Source of the DNA: Peribolospora baueri
Taxonomy: Eukaryota
Direction of reading: 5' to 3'
Assembly (NCBI GenBank): GCA_029717555.1
Contig: JAMDHS010000001.1
Coordinates: 124,001-188,000 of the forward strand
Length of the DNA: 64,000 nucleotides
In this document: one piece after another, positions 1-13,462 of the stretch
Numbering within the stretch: position 1 is the first letter of the stretch
Layout: the number at the start of each line of letters is the position of its first letter
Notes under the pieces: generated by a model
Told to the model about the DNA's origin: nothing
Database searches by the model: none
Seen by the model: only the letters and a program-made list of their open reading frames with translations
Position numbers and translations under genes: made by a program

Positions 1-1119
1 TCCTCTGCGAGATGGCAAGGCAAGGCATGCTGGACTGACTGACTGAGTCGGGGCTTGCAAGATAGGAGATGACGGAAGGGAGGGAGGGCCGGGCAGGAGG
101 GTGGAATGAAAGGGAGGGAAGGAACGTCAGGAACGTGGCTGGCTGGACGAGGGCGCGAGGCGAGGGAGGCGAGGGATGGGATCCGATGCGAGCGTCGGCG
201 ACATGGGATCGACGGCGAGCAGGTGGACGTCGGCGCGACGACTGCAGTGGATATCGCGGAGACGACTTGCAGTGGATCGTCGTGTCGATACGACTCGACT
301 TTACTCGACTCTAATCGTGTCGACTCTACTCGTCACGACTAGCCTCGACTCGTCCTGCGTCCAAGCCTCGTGGAGGGGCGAGCGAAGGAGAAGCGAGCCG
401 ACACGAGGGGACGCGCACATGCAAGCACGGTGCACGGCGCCCGGCGCCCGGCTACCGGCGAGGACGGGTGGAGTGGAAGAAAGAAGAGACGACGATGGAA
501 GAAAGAAGAGAAGAGGGTCGAGTGGAAAGAAGAAGAGACGATGGCGCGGGCGGATGAGGAAGCAAGTGGACGGCGAAGCCACGCCGGCGGGCGGGCACCG
601 TCTGCGCGGGTTAGGGTTACCGGGCGACGCCGGCGCACGTGGCGGGCTGATTTGATTTGTATTGTATTATATTGTATTGGCGGCGAGGGCGAGGTTTGTA
701 TTGCATTGGGCGTCGGCGAGCGAGATGGACAGGCGCTCGACTCGCTCGACTTGCTCCACCTTGCCTCGACAGGCCTGAGGAGTCCTGTCTGTCTATCCTA
801 TCCTGTCCTGTCTATCATCTGTCCTCTTCTTTCTGTTTTTGTCGTCCTTCTCGGCAAGCTCGCCGTCCTCTCGCCGTCGCCCTGCTTGCGCCCGCTCCCG
901 CAAGCTACGGCACAAGATCGACGACCAACGAGGGCTAGTCGTAGCCCTTCCCACATACACACCCTCTAGCCGCAGCTAAGCATTGGCTAAGCGTCGCCTA
1001 ACCGCCCTTGACTATTGACTAACCGTTGCGTAAAGGCCGATTAAGAACCCGCGCAAGTGCGCGCAAGTCCCACCATCATCATCGGCCGTCGTCGCGTCGC
1101 CCCTCTTTTCTTCCTCCTC

Positions 1120-1260
1120 CATCCTCCCGTCGTCGTCGTCGTCGTCGTCATCGTCATCCTCGCCGTCGTCGTCGCCGTCGCCTCACTTACCGTCACCGTC
1201 ACTGCCACCATCGCCTCACTTCGCTCACCGTCACCCTCGCCGTCGCCGTCACCGCTACCG
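1120..1260. repeat. (GTC/GCC)n trinucleotide low-complexity tract in the RhoGEF 5' region
   Basis: Runs of cgtcgtcgtc/gccgtc seen directly. They account for the poly-Arg/Val/Thr ORFs in this area. Confidence 0.8.
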
Positions 1261-1319
1261 CCTCGCCCGTCCTTTCCACCCTCCCCAAGGGCCCCCCCGC
1301 CCGACGACGTACCCATCCA

Positions 1320-4300
1320 ATGTCCGGCGACCCTCCCTCCTCGACCCACGACTTCCTCCGTCTCGGCTTCCCTCCTTCGCCTGCTTCGCCCTCCGTGCCT
1401 GCGCCGGCTCTTGCGCCTGCGCCTGACCACACTTCGCCCTCGCCTTTGCTTTCGCCTTCGTCCTCGCCCTTCGCCTCCTCCCCATCCTCTTCCCGCTCCC
1501 CCTTCACCCCTGACGCTCCCGTCGCTCGCTCCTTCCCTGCCTCCGCCGTCTACTCTCGACCCCCCGTCGACAAGACCGAGCTGCCCGCCCTTCCCCCTCC
1601 CTCGCCCTTGCGAGCCGACTTTCAAGCCCTCACCGTCAGCCCAGTCCGCGCAGACACCCAGGTGGCCGTCGCCGCCGCCGCTGCCGCCGCCTCCTCCGTC
1701 CATCCTACCATCTTCGCCTCCGCCAGCGACCCCCCGGATGGTCCTTCCTCATCCTCTTCTTCCTTCACTACCGCTCCCCCCTCCGTCCGGCTAAACAGCG
1801 AAACCATCGACGACGGCCTCTCACACCCCTTCCCCGATCAGCCCTTCCCCATCTCCCCCGCCGTGTCCACTTTCTCCGCCCACTCCGCTCACTCCAACAT
1901 GGACCTCGGCGACATCTCGCCCGATGGCGATGGCAGAGAGAGAGATAGGGATAGGGACAGGGACAGGGATCGGGATAGCAGGGATCGCGATAGGGACAGC
2001 AGGGATCGCGACACCGGCAGGGACAGCAGGGACAAGAAGGGAGATGGAAAAAAGGCAAACCCGCTGGTCGACCTCATCGAGACTGAGACGGTGTATGTCG
2101 ATGAGCTGAGCATGATCATTCGGGTGAGCTTGAGCTTGTGTCTGGGCCTGACTGAGCCTGGGATGGGATGGGATGCGGTGGGAGGCTAGGAGAGGGGAGG
2201 CGAGGGGAGGCGAGGCGAGCGGAGGGATTCATCGAATTTTGCTGACCCAATTTTTTTTTGTCGTCCTTCGTCGCCTTTTTTCTTCTCTTCGTCTCTTCTC
2301 TTCGTCGTCTCTTCGTTGTCTCTTCTCTTCGTCTCTTCTCTTCGTCCTTCCTTCGTCTTCTCTTTCCTATCCCCTCAGCGCGTCGCCGCCGCATGGAGCA
2401 GGTCCAACTTTCCTCCCACCGCCCTCGACGGCATGTTCCGCAACGTCGAGGCTGTTTACAGGACTAACCGCGCTTTCCTCTCCGTGAGTACCACCCGCGC
2501 TCGAAGGCGACCGCCGCTCATCCTTTTGCTCATCCCTTCTTTTTCTCCAGGCTTTGAAAGAAATCGGTCCCAATCCCTCTTCGCCCAAGGAGCTCGGAGA
2601 TTTGCTCATGCGATGGGTGCGTCGCCCTCCGTCGTCCCACCACTCAGTCCGCCCAGTTCGCTGAACCGACGCCGCGCTTCCCTTCTTTGCATCTTCTACC
2701 TCCCATCGCAGGTCGACGACCTCGACGCCCCCTATGGCCGCTACGTAGACGCTTACGTCAACGACTTTGATTCCTGGCAGCCCGTCCAGTCCAACCCTAA
2801 CCTCGCCTCCGTCCTCGTCAGCGTCTCCTCCGAGCCCGACTCTCCCCTTCCCTCGGACCGCAAGCGAAGAAGCGCCAACCACCCTTGGTCCCTCGACCAG
2901 CTCTTCGCCCTCCCCCACATCCGCTTGAAGTACTACAAGAAGCTCTACGCCCGCCTCCTCAAGAGCACCCAGCCGGGCCGGAGCGACCATCGCTTGCTCG
3001 TCACCGCTAACACCAAGCTCGACGAGTTGGTGGAGAGGAGCAAGGCGGGTCAAACGAGGAGCGTGTGGGATCTCGACCCCGCTGGTGGTGGCGCTGGCGC
3101 TGGCACCGGCGGTGCGCCGAATCGAAACAGCGAGCGGAGCGTCACCAGCTCGACCGCCGACAGCCTCGCGACGAGCGGCGAGGAGCGCGATAGGATGAGC
3201 TCTGCCACCTCGGCCTCCACCGGTCAGACCCCGCCCTTCCCTCCCACTAAGAACGGCCCGCCAACGAGGACCGCCGGACACTCCCGAACGCCCTCCGCCG
3301 GCTCCGGTTCCGTCTCCGGCGCTGGCACCACGATCGACGGCAGGCAGACCCCGGTTACCTCCACGCCTCCTCTCGGCGGCGGCGGCGGCGCCCCGCGCAT
3401 CGGCGTCGACACCAGTTCCGCTGTCCTCGCCCGCGCCAACAACAACAACAACAACAATGGCCCCCGCTCCAGATCCGCCGTCGAATCAGCCACATCCATC
3501 GGCTCCGGCATCTCCATTGGCGCTAACCCTATCGGCCTATCCGACGTTTCAGAGATTGAGAGAAGATTGGACACGTCGAGGACTTTGGACGTTTTTACTA
3601 TGCAGCCCAAGGTGCGCGCGCGGTTGCGGTTGCGGTCGCGAGGTTGTGGCCGTCTATTTTTCGTTTAATGTTCTTTTTTTGCCCGCTTTTCGTTCAATTT
3701 TTTTGCCCTTTTTTTTTTTTTTTCTCTTTCCGCCAGAAATGCCAACTGCAAATGAACCCGCCCTCGCTTCCCTTCACCCGCACCCTCCGCCGCTCCGCCG
3801 ACGTGGTCATCTTCTTCACCCCGCAATCGACCAAGACGGAGATTGTGATCCGGCGCGCTCACATCTTCCTCCTCACCGACCTCTTCCTCGTCTGCGAGCG
3901 CATGACCCCCTCGGAGCGCGATCGCGCTCGAGAGCGCGGTGAGCCCGAGAGGGACATGTGGCTCCTTTACCCGCCGCTCGCGGGAAAGCATTTGAGGGTC
4001 TCCAGCGCCGGCGGCGTACAAGGTCAGTCGCCTCCTCTCTTCCCTTTCGTTCTGAGCCGGTCCATTGGCGAGCTCGCCCTTCATCCCGTGTCCTCTCTTT
4101 TTCATTTTCTTCTTCAGACAACGTCCTCCAGGTGCTGGTGATGAAAAAGGAAAAGCTCCTCATACACACCGACTCCAGGGTGGCCAAGGACAATTGGATT
4201 CGCGACGTCGAGGAGTGTAATGCTTTCGCTGCCAATCGTGAGTCGAGTTTTTGTTTGTTTGGCCTTGGCCGCGCGGGTGTGTGTGCTCATCGACTTTCAT

Positions 4301-5948
4301 TTCATTTCATTTTTCTTTCCCTTTTTCGCTCCCTCTATAGTGACCGCCAAGCTCAAGAGTCAGCAGCAGTCCCCCTCGCCAAGCTCCGCTAAAAACTCTT
4401 CTACCGACGGCATGCCCCTCTCGCCCACCATCTCCATCACTCCTTCCGGGAGCAATCCGGCCGACGTCGGTGGGACGGTGGACCTAAACAGAGAGCCGAG
4501 CATTGCCAGCGTCGCAAGCAGGTCCAGCAACCCGGCCATCAACGGTCAAGCCTCTCCTGACGGCGGACCCGGCCGTCAGCACAGCGCGCCCAACTCGAGA
4601 GGGCCCTCGCCCGGACACAGCCTCAATGGCGGTCCGCCGCTCATGTCGTTCGGAGGGCCCGGTCAACCTCCGATGCCCGGTCATCAAAGTCCCCCAGGCC
4701 CAGGTATGTACGGCGCTCGTCCACCGCCACCCCCGGGCCCGGGCGGCCCCGGCTACCCTCCCAACGGCGGTCCTCTTTCGTCTCCCATGATGGGCCCCAT
4801 CCGACCAGGGTACGCGGCCAGACCGATGCAGGGAGCCCGTCCACCTTATCCGCCCATGAACGGCGGCTTCTCGCCCGGCGCGATGCATGCCCACGAGCGA
4901 GGCATGCCCCCGCCTCCGCCTCCCGGACCCGGTTTCCGTCCCCAGCTCCCCGGCCCGGGTCTCCATCCGTCCGACTCGATCCGCAGCAATGGCTCGGCCC
5001 CCGGAGGCTACCTTATGGGCAGCCCACACATGGGGCCTTACAGACCCGGTCCCCTCGGCCCCGGCGGCCCCGGCGGCGGCCCGCCTGGGGGCCGAAGACC
5101 GTCGGCGCCCGGCGATCCTAACGGCTTCCGACGCGACCACGCCGGCGGCGGCGGCTTCGGTTCCCCGCCCATGCCCGCTCACCGGTACGTCGCCGGCCAG
5201 ATCCAGCGCTCGCGCTCCGCCGATCCCGTCAATGCCTACGGCCCCGGCGGCGGGCGAAGTGGTGGGCCGGGGGGGCCGGGGCCCGAGTTACCGCCGATGG
5301 GCCCGGGCGGCTACCCGGCGAGCGTGCCTTCGTCCCCCGGCCAACGACCGCCTCCGCCGAGCGAGATGGTGAAGCGAGGCCCTCAGAGGAACGACAGAGA
5401 CGACATCTCCCCGCCCGGCAGCCCGACGGACGACAGGCCACAGCAACAGGTGACGAACGCGATCAGCGCGCAGATGAGGTGCAAGGTCTTTTTGAAGCAG
5501 AACCATTCGGTGCGTGGTCGTTGTCGTCGTCGTCGTCGTCGCGTGCCTGCCTCGCTTTTGCGCTTTTGGTTCCTGTGGCTGTCTGGCTGGCTGGCTGAGT
5601 GCGTGCGCTCATGATCTGAACCTTGTCGTCCGCCCTTTTTTCTTCTTTCCGCTCCCGTTTGTCGTGCGCTCACAGCAATGGAAGTCGCTCGGTGCAGCGC
5701 GCCTCAAGCTGTATCATCAGCGCCCGACCAACGTCAAGCAGTTGGTGGTGGAGAGCGACAAAAAGACGCTCATCTCCACCATCGTCCTCACCGACGGCGT
5801 CGAGCGCGTCGGCAAAACCGGCGTCGCCGTCGAGCTTTCCGATTCTGGCGCCAGGACGGGGATCATCTACATGCTTCAGCTCAGGTCCGAGGATTCTGCA
5901 TCTGGCTTTTTCCAGCAATTGCTAGAGGGGAGCGACCGCCAGCGGTGA
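1320..5948 (+). CDS. DH(-PH) domain RhoGEF-like protein with Pro/Gly-rich C-terminal region, multi-exon
   Basis: ATG 1320. DH-like segments NPLVDLIETETVYVDELSMIIR|RVAAAWSRSNFPP, LDQLFALPHIRLKYYKKLYARLLKST; PH-like segment AHIFLLTDLFLVCERM; C-terminal beta-rich domain KVFLKQNHS|QWKSLGAARLKLY. GT-AG introns include 2124-2378, 2484-2550, 2617-2711 and 3612-3736. Stop TGA at 5946-5948. Confidence 0.75.
2262..2370. repeat. Intronic pyrimidine-rich minisatellite (TCTTCTCTTCG-like units)
   Basis: Imperfect tandem tcttctcttcg/tctcttcg units inside RhoGEF intron 1. Confidence 0.7.
3437..3457 (+). repeat. (AAC)n coding microsatellite encoding poly-Asn
   Basis: caacaacaacaacaacaacaa gives NNNNNNN in the RhoGEF exon. 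Confidence 0.85.
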
Positions 5949-6983
5949 TGCCGATGGCCGTCGGTCCCTGCCCACACCGCCATGCTTCCCTCCACCGACG
6001 TCCTTGCCTTCCGCCTCCGCACTCGCTCTCTGCATCTTCTCCGCTCCGTCTCGGTATTCCGGACGCTTTCGCCAACCCTTGTTCTTTCAGTCTCTGTGTC
6101 TGTCTGTCTCTCTCACACATCCACCTACGATCTTTCTTCTGCTTTTCGGACTCGGGCTCTTCTTCATCGCTCTTCGCTCTGTCGCATGGATGGATCTTGG
6201 TCATGGTCGTCGTCGTCGCCGTCGTTCCTATCTATCTACCCTCCCATTCTCTCCGCCGTCCGCCATCCGAGGCTGGCCACGCTCGGTCCCGTTTTCCGCT
6301 CTCCCTTCTCCTCCGTCCCGTCCCATCCAGCACTCAATCCGTTCCGTCCCTTCTCTCTACCTGTACCCCCCAGCTAGTCACACGGCCTATCCCATCCTTG
6401 CTTTTTCCTTCTCATCGCTTCCCCTCCCCACCTGTCCTTACCGCCGCTACATAGACACGCACGTACGTAGGCCGACCGACCGGCGAGGGAAACTAGGTTA
6501 ATGTTCTTCTTTTATCTTGCCTTTTATCTTGCTTTTCCTTTTTCGTTTTCCCCGTCTCGAGACCATCTTTGCCTTTGCCTTTTTGCTCCTTCTTCTCCAA
6601 CCTAGAATGCGCCCACGGCCACGCCCTCCTTCCTTCCTCCCTTCCCCTTTCTTTTCCCTTCACACACGTATTCACCTCCTTCCTCCGTCCTCGCGCCGAG
6701 CCACGAGCGCGCTCACAGGGCAGCACTCGACCGATGGACCGAGCGACCCTCGGCAGTTCTACGCAGGCACGGACACGGGCACAGGTACAGGCACAGGCAG
6801 GTACAGAAAAGGGGCCGGCGGCCGGGGGAAGCGAGTGGGCGCAAGGATGCGACGGACGGGACCGTTTGTGCGAGATGACGTACCCCCGTATGTACATACT
6901 ATACTGTATTGTATGTATGTACCAGCGCATACATAGAGCCCGTCCTCTTGTCGTATCGTACAGGTACGGCCACCTCGCTCAGT

Positions 6984-9920
6984 TCAGCCACCTCCCCAGC
7001 CGGTGGCCCATTTGACCACTTCGGTAGGCAAGCTCGCCGCGCGAGCCTTGACGCCCTGGACGATCTCGCCGGCGGTAAGCACGCATCGGACGCGCGCGAA
7101 CTGGTTGCGCACCGATGACGACGACGAGGTCGTCGTCCCGCCGCCTGTGATCGGGGCGGCGCGGGCGGAGGTCGAGTCGGAGAGGAAGAGTTCGATGGAT
7201 TGGAGGTGCTCGAAAGCCTAACATGACGGGGGTGAATGGAGATGAAAGATATGTTTTCATTTTCGGCGCGACGTGATGCGGGGCGATGCGATGCGGAGAC
7301 GCTGTTTGAGGGGGAAAGGCATGTCGGGCGGGCACGAGTATCGGCTGACGGTTTGACTCACCACCAACGCCCCCTCCTTGGCCATCCCCTTGACCCTCAT
7401 TTTGCCCGCCGTCGCGCTGGCGATCCCGCTCGCCCAAGAGCGATCGGCGAACCGCCGGTACTCGTCGTAGACCATCTCAAAGTTGAACAGCTCGCGGTCG
7501 CGAGAGAGGAGGTGCTTGGCGGATATGAGCATATGCAGCGAGGGTTCCGGGAGGTCTGTGGGAGGTGGGTGCGAGAGAATGGGAGTGCGGCAGATGACAC
7601 GATGGGGCTGTCAGCGGGGGAGCGGGCGAGACGGACAGGCGACGAATGGCACGAGCGCGACAGACGGACGATGTTTCGGCCGGCTTCCTTCCCACATCAA
7701 ATGAGCCCTCGAACGTACCCTGCACAATCTCGGCCATATAATCTCCCCTCTGAAGCTCGACAGCCTCCTTCAAGACAGAAGCGTTCAAGTTTGGTCGGGA
7801 AGGAGATAAGGGAGCGACGGAGAGAATCTGCTCGCATGTGCAGAACAGCCAGAGGGCGCGTAACGGGGAGAAGGGGTAGGTACAGAAAAAAAATTTAGTC
7901 TATTAGTTCTTAAGGCCGCCTCTGTGACATCTCTGCGCGATTCCCCGCTAATGGAGGCAGAATGTCTGGAGACGACTTACAAGGATGCGATACAAAAGTC
8001 CGACGTCGTTGTTGAGGTCAAACACGCCGCTGACGACGCTGAGAAAGTCAGGTTGTTTGCAAAAGTTCTACGAGCGGGCGAGGGGCGAGCAGACGGAAGT
8101 GCAGCGCCGGGAGAATGGGGAAGGAGGGCAAAAGGGATGGAGGAAAGGGGGGCGGCACAGGAAGTTGGCAAATGAGTGACCGACCTTCCCATCCACAACG
8201 TTCACTTGCGCAGATGTTCGAAGTGAACGAGCCGCTCACGTCCACTTCCATCGCCCAAGCTCGTCGCACTAGCAGCCCGTCCCCGTCCCCGTCCTCATCA
8301 TCGTCATCGTCATCGGCGCCCGACCTGGCCTCTCCTACTGCTGCTCCGCCTCCATTCCCACCGAGTAGAGCTTTTCTCGCAATCTCCGTGAGGGCGTCCA
8401 GCGACGCAGGAGGGTAGACGTGAATGACTCGGTGCGAGAAGCGAGACTTGACCCGTTTTTCCAGTTGGTCGGGCGCATCCTGCGTTGACGGCGCGAAGCG
8501 GTCCGAAAGCGTTTGAATGGACGTCCGGAGAAAGCAGAAGGGCAGAAAGGGCGTGCCCGCGCACGCCGGGTGAACACTCACCAATCTGCAGGTAGTTCCA
8601 ATGACGGCCAGGCCCCTACTGTACGTTCCAGCCTGAACGGCATCAAGCAAACAGTACAATAGCGCTTGTCTTGGGTGGTCCGCGAAGAGGTCAAAGTTCT
8701 CCAGCGTGATGATAAGCGGCAAAGGGCGTCGGCCTATCGGCTTGTCGTCGGTTGTCGGTGCAGATAAAGAAGAGAGTAGAGAGAGGATTTGGGTAGTCGT
8801 CTCCGAGAGAGAAGACTGTGGCGATGTCCAGGACAAAGTCGTCGCGAAGGTGATACGTCAGAATGCCTAGCCGAAAAAAAAGGGATAGAACCAAGAAGCT
8901 CCGCACGGACTCACAAAAATACTTCTTTCCACTTCCCATACCAAGTCATCCTCCTCATCTTCCTCCCCTACGCCCTCCCCCCTCTCACCTTCCCCGCGCA
9001 TCACGCCATCAATCCCCAGCGTAGCATCCCCCTCCCCCTCTAAACCCGCAAAGGCTCCAGAACGCAACAGCTGCCTGGCCATCTCGCGCAAAGCAAGCCT
9101 ATCCGTTGTTTGGAGCGCACCGTCTAAGTAGATGTGATGAAATGTAGATGAGGGAGGGGACGCGGAGGGCGTAGGCGGGATCTTGCCGTTTGCAGATGAG
9201 CGGGCGCGGGCAGCCGGTGTGGGACTGTGGCCGCTGTGACTAGATTGTTGTCGGAGCTTATGCAGGGCGGCACGGAGGAGCTGCATGAGCGAGTGCCAAA
9301 GGGAGACAGAAAGCAGAAAGCAGGAATGAAAGGAATGGAAAGGGTAAGTACAGGCAGAAGCCAGCCATCCACACCGGCGACGTCGGAATAGTGGATGCCA
9401 GGACGAGAAAATCCTACGACCTGCTCACCGAAGTCTTCCCAGCGCCTTTGGGGCCCATAACGAGCGCGCTGTTCCCCTCTCCCCTCTTCACGGTTCCCTC
9501 GAGGACGCCGAGCAGTTGAGACAGCGGTGCGTCCATGCCTACGAGTCCAAGCTCTTCATCCGCATCTCCGCCCGCCGTCTGGTCGGCATGTTTACCTTTG
9601 CGAGCGCCGGGAAGCTGGCGCGACTCGGATCGCAGAGAGGAGGCAAATGTTCCGGAAAGAATGTCTAATATACGGTTGCGGAGGGGGGGGAAGTGTTTCT
9701 CCAAAGCCTCAGCGGGAAGTTTGTCCAAGGTCGCGATCGCTGTCGCCGTCGGCGAAGATGGTGCTGCCTCCCTGGACACCTGCCGACCCAGGGTGCCCGT
9801 AAGCGACACGTCGCTTGCAGCGACGGGCTGCTGTACTTGAGTCCTTGCGCTTCGAGTGAACCTTCGCCTCTGCGGAGACTCGGTGTCGTCGTTGGTGGGC
9901 GACTTGCGTTTGGGAGGCAT
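6984..9920 (-). CDS. ORC4: Origin recognition complex subunit 4 (AAA+), multi-exon
   Basis: Starts MPPKRKS at 9920. GTVKRGEGNSALVMGPKGAGKT (Walker A), HIYLDGALQTTDRLALREMARQL, IITLENFDLFADHPRQALLYCLLD, LEKRVKSRFSHR, FNFEMVYDEY. Last exon AFEHLQSIELF...EVVKWATGWGGG* stops at 6984-6986. Confidence 0.92.
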
Positions 9921-10207
9921 CGTCGTCGGTGACCAAAGTGGATGTGAGAATATCATCGACGCTGATCGGCGAGGAGCGCGGCGGACTTGTTCGGACTTGT
10001 TCGGCCCGACCGTTCGGACGTGATCGGCTTTTCCGGCTCGAGCCACCATCTCGTCCGGCTGTCAGCCACCGGACAAAAAGAAGCGATGAGGCGGCGATGG
10101 ATGATGGATGGACGCAATCGATGGTTTAAGAAGGAGGCCATGTCTCGCTGATTCCCTCGACGTCGTCCTTGGCCTGCCACTCCTCCTCCGTCTTGATCAC
10201 CGCCACC

Positions 10208-13200
10208 ATGACCGTGACCGACACGCCATCGACCGAGAAAGCAGACATGGTCGAGGCGACCCCTGGGCACGCCCCCGTCGCCGGTCACCCATCGTCAAAA
10301 TCACCTCCACTATCGCAGCTCAGTGACCCTCTGAAAAATGGAAATGGCGATCAGCAAGCGTTGGAACGCAAAGTAGACCGGCCCCAGCCACCGGCCGAGG
10401 CATACAGCGTGTTCAGCAAGCGCAAGAAGACCATCATCGTTGCCGTCGTCGCCTTCGCTGGCGTGTTTAGGTGAGCGACGGCGAGGTGAAGACCGTCGGG
10501 TGTGTATTTCGCACCGTCGTGGCGCTCACAGACGTTGTCTTGCCCCTGAGGGCGTCTCTCTCCTTGCCTGGACCATCTACAGCCCCATCACCGCCAACAT
10601 GTGAGCCTCTACCCGCGCGTCGTTCCCAGTATCACTGCTCATTTCTTGCCACCCTGCCCCGCTTTCTTTGTCTTCGTCCCCTATAGATACTTTCCGGCGA
10701 TCCAACCCATCGCCTCTGCGTTCCATACGACAACGGAGAAGATCAACCTGAGCATCACCGTGTATATGATCTTTCAGGGGTGAGTCGGCACACTTGGCCC
10801 TAGCGTCTTGTTTCATGCGCGTCGCTCTGACTTGACCACGCCTTCCTGGCCTCCATAACCTCTTTGGCCTCGTCTCACAGCGTGTCTCCCTGCTTCTGGG
10901 GCGTTCTGACGGACTCGTTCGGTCGAAGACCGATCTACCTCCTTACCCTGCTCGTTTACGAAGGCGCCAACATCGGCCTTGCTCTATCCAACAGCTATGG
11001 ACTCCTCATGTTCTTTCGGTGTCTTCAGGCAACGGGCAGCGCGAGCGTCATTGCCATAGGTGAGTGAGGGATAGAGGTTATCAGGACATTGCCTTCTATA
11101 GTACCTCCTTTTCCTCCTGTTGACGCTGATCCCGACTCCCAACCGTACCTCGCTCCTCGCCAGGCGCTGGCACGATCGGTGACATCTCCCCGCCTGCCGA
11201 GCGAGCCGGCTACATGGCGCTGTTCAACCGTGAGTATCGAGTTCAATTCTACATTCAGCTCGACCGCTCTCTCTTGCTCTTAGAGTATATGCTGATTGGA
11301 ATTTCACTCAGTTGGACCGCTGGCGGGCCCCTCCATTGGTCCTGTCCTCGGAGGTCTTTTGACAAAGGGTTTCGGTTGGCGGAGTATCTTCTGGTTCTTG
11401 CTCATTGCCGGTGGAGTTGCAGTCGTTACCCTCGCTCTGTTCTTGCCCGAGTGAGCTGCGTGCTTTCGTTCTGCTTTGCTTCAGTTCGAAAAGCCTCTTT
11501 CTCGTCTCACCCTACTATGCTTTCTTTCCATCCCGTGTCTCTCTATTCCAGGACGCTACGCCATATCGTCGGCAACGGCTCCCTCCCACCCCCGGCAGGC
11601 ATATTCGGTTACGCCTTGATCGAGTACCTTACGCCATCCGGTCGCCGACGGCTTGAGGAAGGAAGGGAAAGGGCCGACGAGGTGAAGCGAGTGCTCACTC
11701 GCGAGTCACAAGCCCGAGCCCAACCCCAGAAGCAAGCGGGCGCAGAGAACGGTGGTGTCGGCGCTCCTTCCCCGGCTTCGAAGGAAGGGCAGGACGTAGA
11801 AAAGATGCCTCAAAGCCCATCAGAGAAGGCGCAGCTTGGTGGACAGGTCGGCCAGCAAGCGCAAGCGCAACCGGAGTCATCAGCTGCACCAATAGTGCCG
11901 GACAAGGTTATCCAAGAAGTGGTGGAGCGAAGGCTGGCACGGCAGAAACAGAACAAATGGAAGCAGCTTAACCCGTTGCAGCCATTGATATTCCTCCTCG
12001 AGCCTGACATTGCTGTCACGCTTGGGTTCAATGCGTTGATGTATGGTGAGCGGCCTTGGCCATCCGAGAGTAGGATGACAATACCATGTTGGCCGACCAG
12101 GCCGCTCAGGGCGTCCTCTGTCGTTCTCTCTGTGTGTCGCGCCTGTCTGAAACGGGACTTTCGCTAACTCGCCGTGGTCTCGGATGTTTTTGGCTCAACA
12201 GCCGTCTACTACTGTGCGACGGCGACGTTTTCCACCCTCCTTGCAAGGGTCTACGGTTTGTCGGAGATCATCATTGGCGTGTGCTTCTTGCCTGGCGGGA
12301 TAGGCTGGTGCGTCTTTCCTTTATTCTTCTATCCTTTGTGGCCTTTGGAAGAAAGGAAAACTTTTGCTCACGGCTACGTCTAACACTTGACGTGAACGTC
12401 TACCTCTACCTAGTCTCTTGGGGACTCTCTTCACAGGTCGCCTACTGAACAAGGAGTACCAGGTCATCGCGCGCAAGCACCTTGCACGGAAGCAAGCCAA
12501 CTTGGAAGTCGCCTTCGCTTCCACGGACAGGAATGAGAAGGAGAAGGAGCAAAGGCACAGCAAGGCGGACGCGGCAAATGACCTGAGCGATTTCCCCATT
12601 GAGAGAGCTAGGCTGGGCAGCCTCTGGTTGTACGTTGTCCTCAATGTGGGCTCACTCGTCGGGTTTGGCTGGTCCCTCCAAACCAAGGCCAACCTGGCCG
12701 TCCCGCTCGTCATGCAGTTTCTGAGTGAGTGTCGGAGTGAATCGCTTGGCGGAGAGGACTCTGTCGCGCGTTCGCGCCTTCGACCATTGAAGAAGAGTGA
12801 GACTCACTCCCTTCCGCCCCTCGTCGTCTCTCATCTCAGTCGGGTACTGCATGTCCGCCTCGATGGCGACATTCAGCACTCTCATCGTAGACCTCTATCC
12901 GGGCTATGGCGCTTCCATCACGGCGGCCAACAACCTCCTCCGCTGCTGCACCGGCGCCGTGGCCGTGTCCGTGATAAACTACATTCTCAACGCCCTCAAC
13001 CCAGGCTGGACGTTTGTCCTACTCGCTGGGCTTATGCTTGTCACTTACCCCGCGATCGTCGTCGAGATGGCCAAAGGTCCGATATGGAGGGCGAGGCGCG
13101 CAGAACGGGTGAAGAGGCAGAAGGAGAAGGAGAACGAGAAAGAGAAGGAGAACGAGGACGAGAGGAAGCGAAGATGGTCAAGACGATCTTGGATCCCTTT

Positions 13201-13219
13201 GGCCCATTCTTGGACGTGA
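10208..13219 (+). CDS. MFS multidrug transporter, DHA1 family (Qdr-like), multi-exon
   Basis: GCCACCATG at 10208. YSVFSKRKKTIIV, SPITANIYFPAI, INLSITVYMIFQG, WGVLTDSFGRRPIY (MFS motif A), FRCLQATGSASVIAIG, DFPIERARL, LIVDLYPGYGASITAANNLLRC. Confidence 0.9.
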
Positions 13220-13462
13220 CGCTTTGGATGGATCGAGGGAACACTGCGAATACCACCTCTTATGTACTTAATGATAAAAGACGTTGGAACGCCCCCCGGC
13301 GACTTACGGGAACTTTTTAAGTCACTGGAAGACTATTCGGCGAGGTCTACGTTCCGATGCACATTGTCCGAGCATTCAGCGGGTGGGACCTCCTCTCAAT
13401 GCTATACCAGACTACGCGTACGTGTACAGAAAGGAAGTGCAGAGTAACACGACGAGGGCTGC

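Noticed and set aside
608..619. Telomerase RNA template or interstitial telomere
   Set aside because: Only about two repeat units, with no other telomerase RNA elements recognised; kept only as a possible promoter motif.
1..1300. Several 80-250 aa ORFs on both strands
   Set aside because: They arise from GA/GTC/CTCGA low-complexity repeats and show no protein-like motifs. The region is probably promoter, UTR or intron of a minus-strand gene continuing outside the window.
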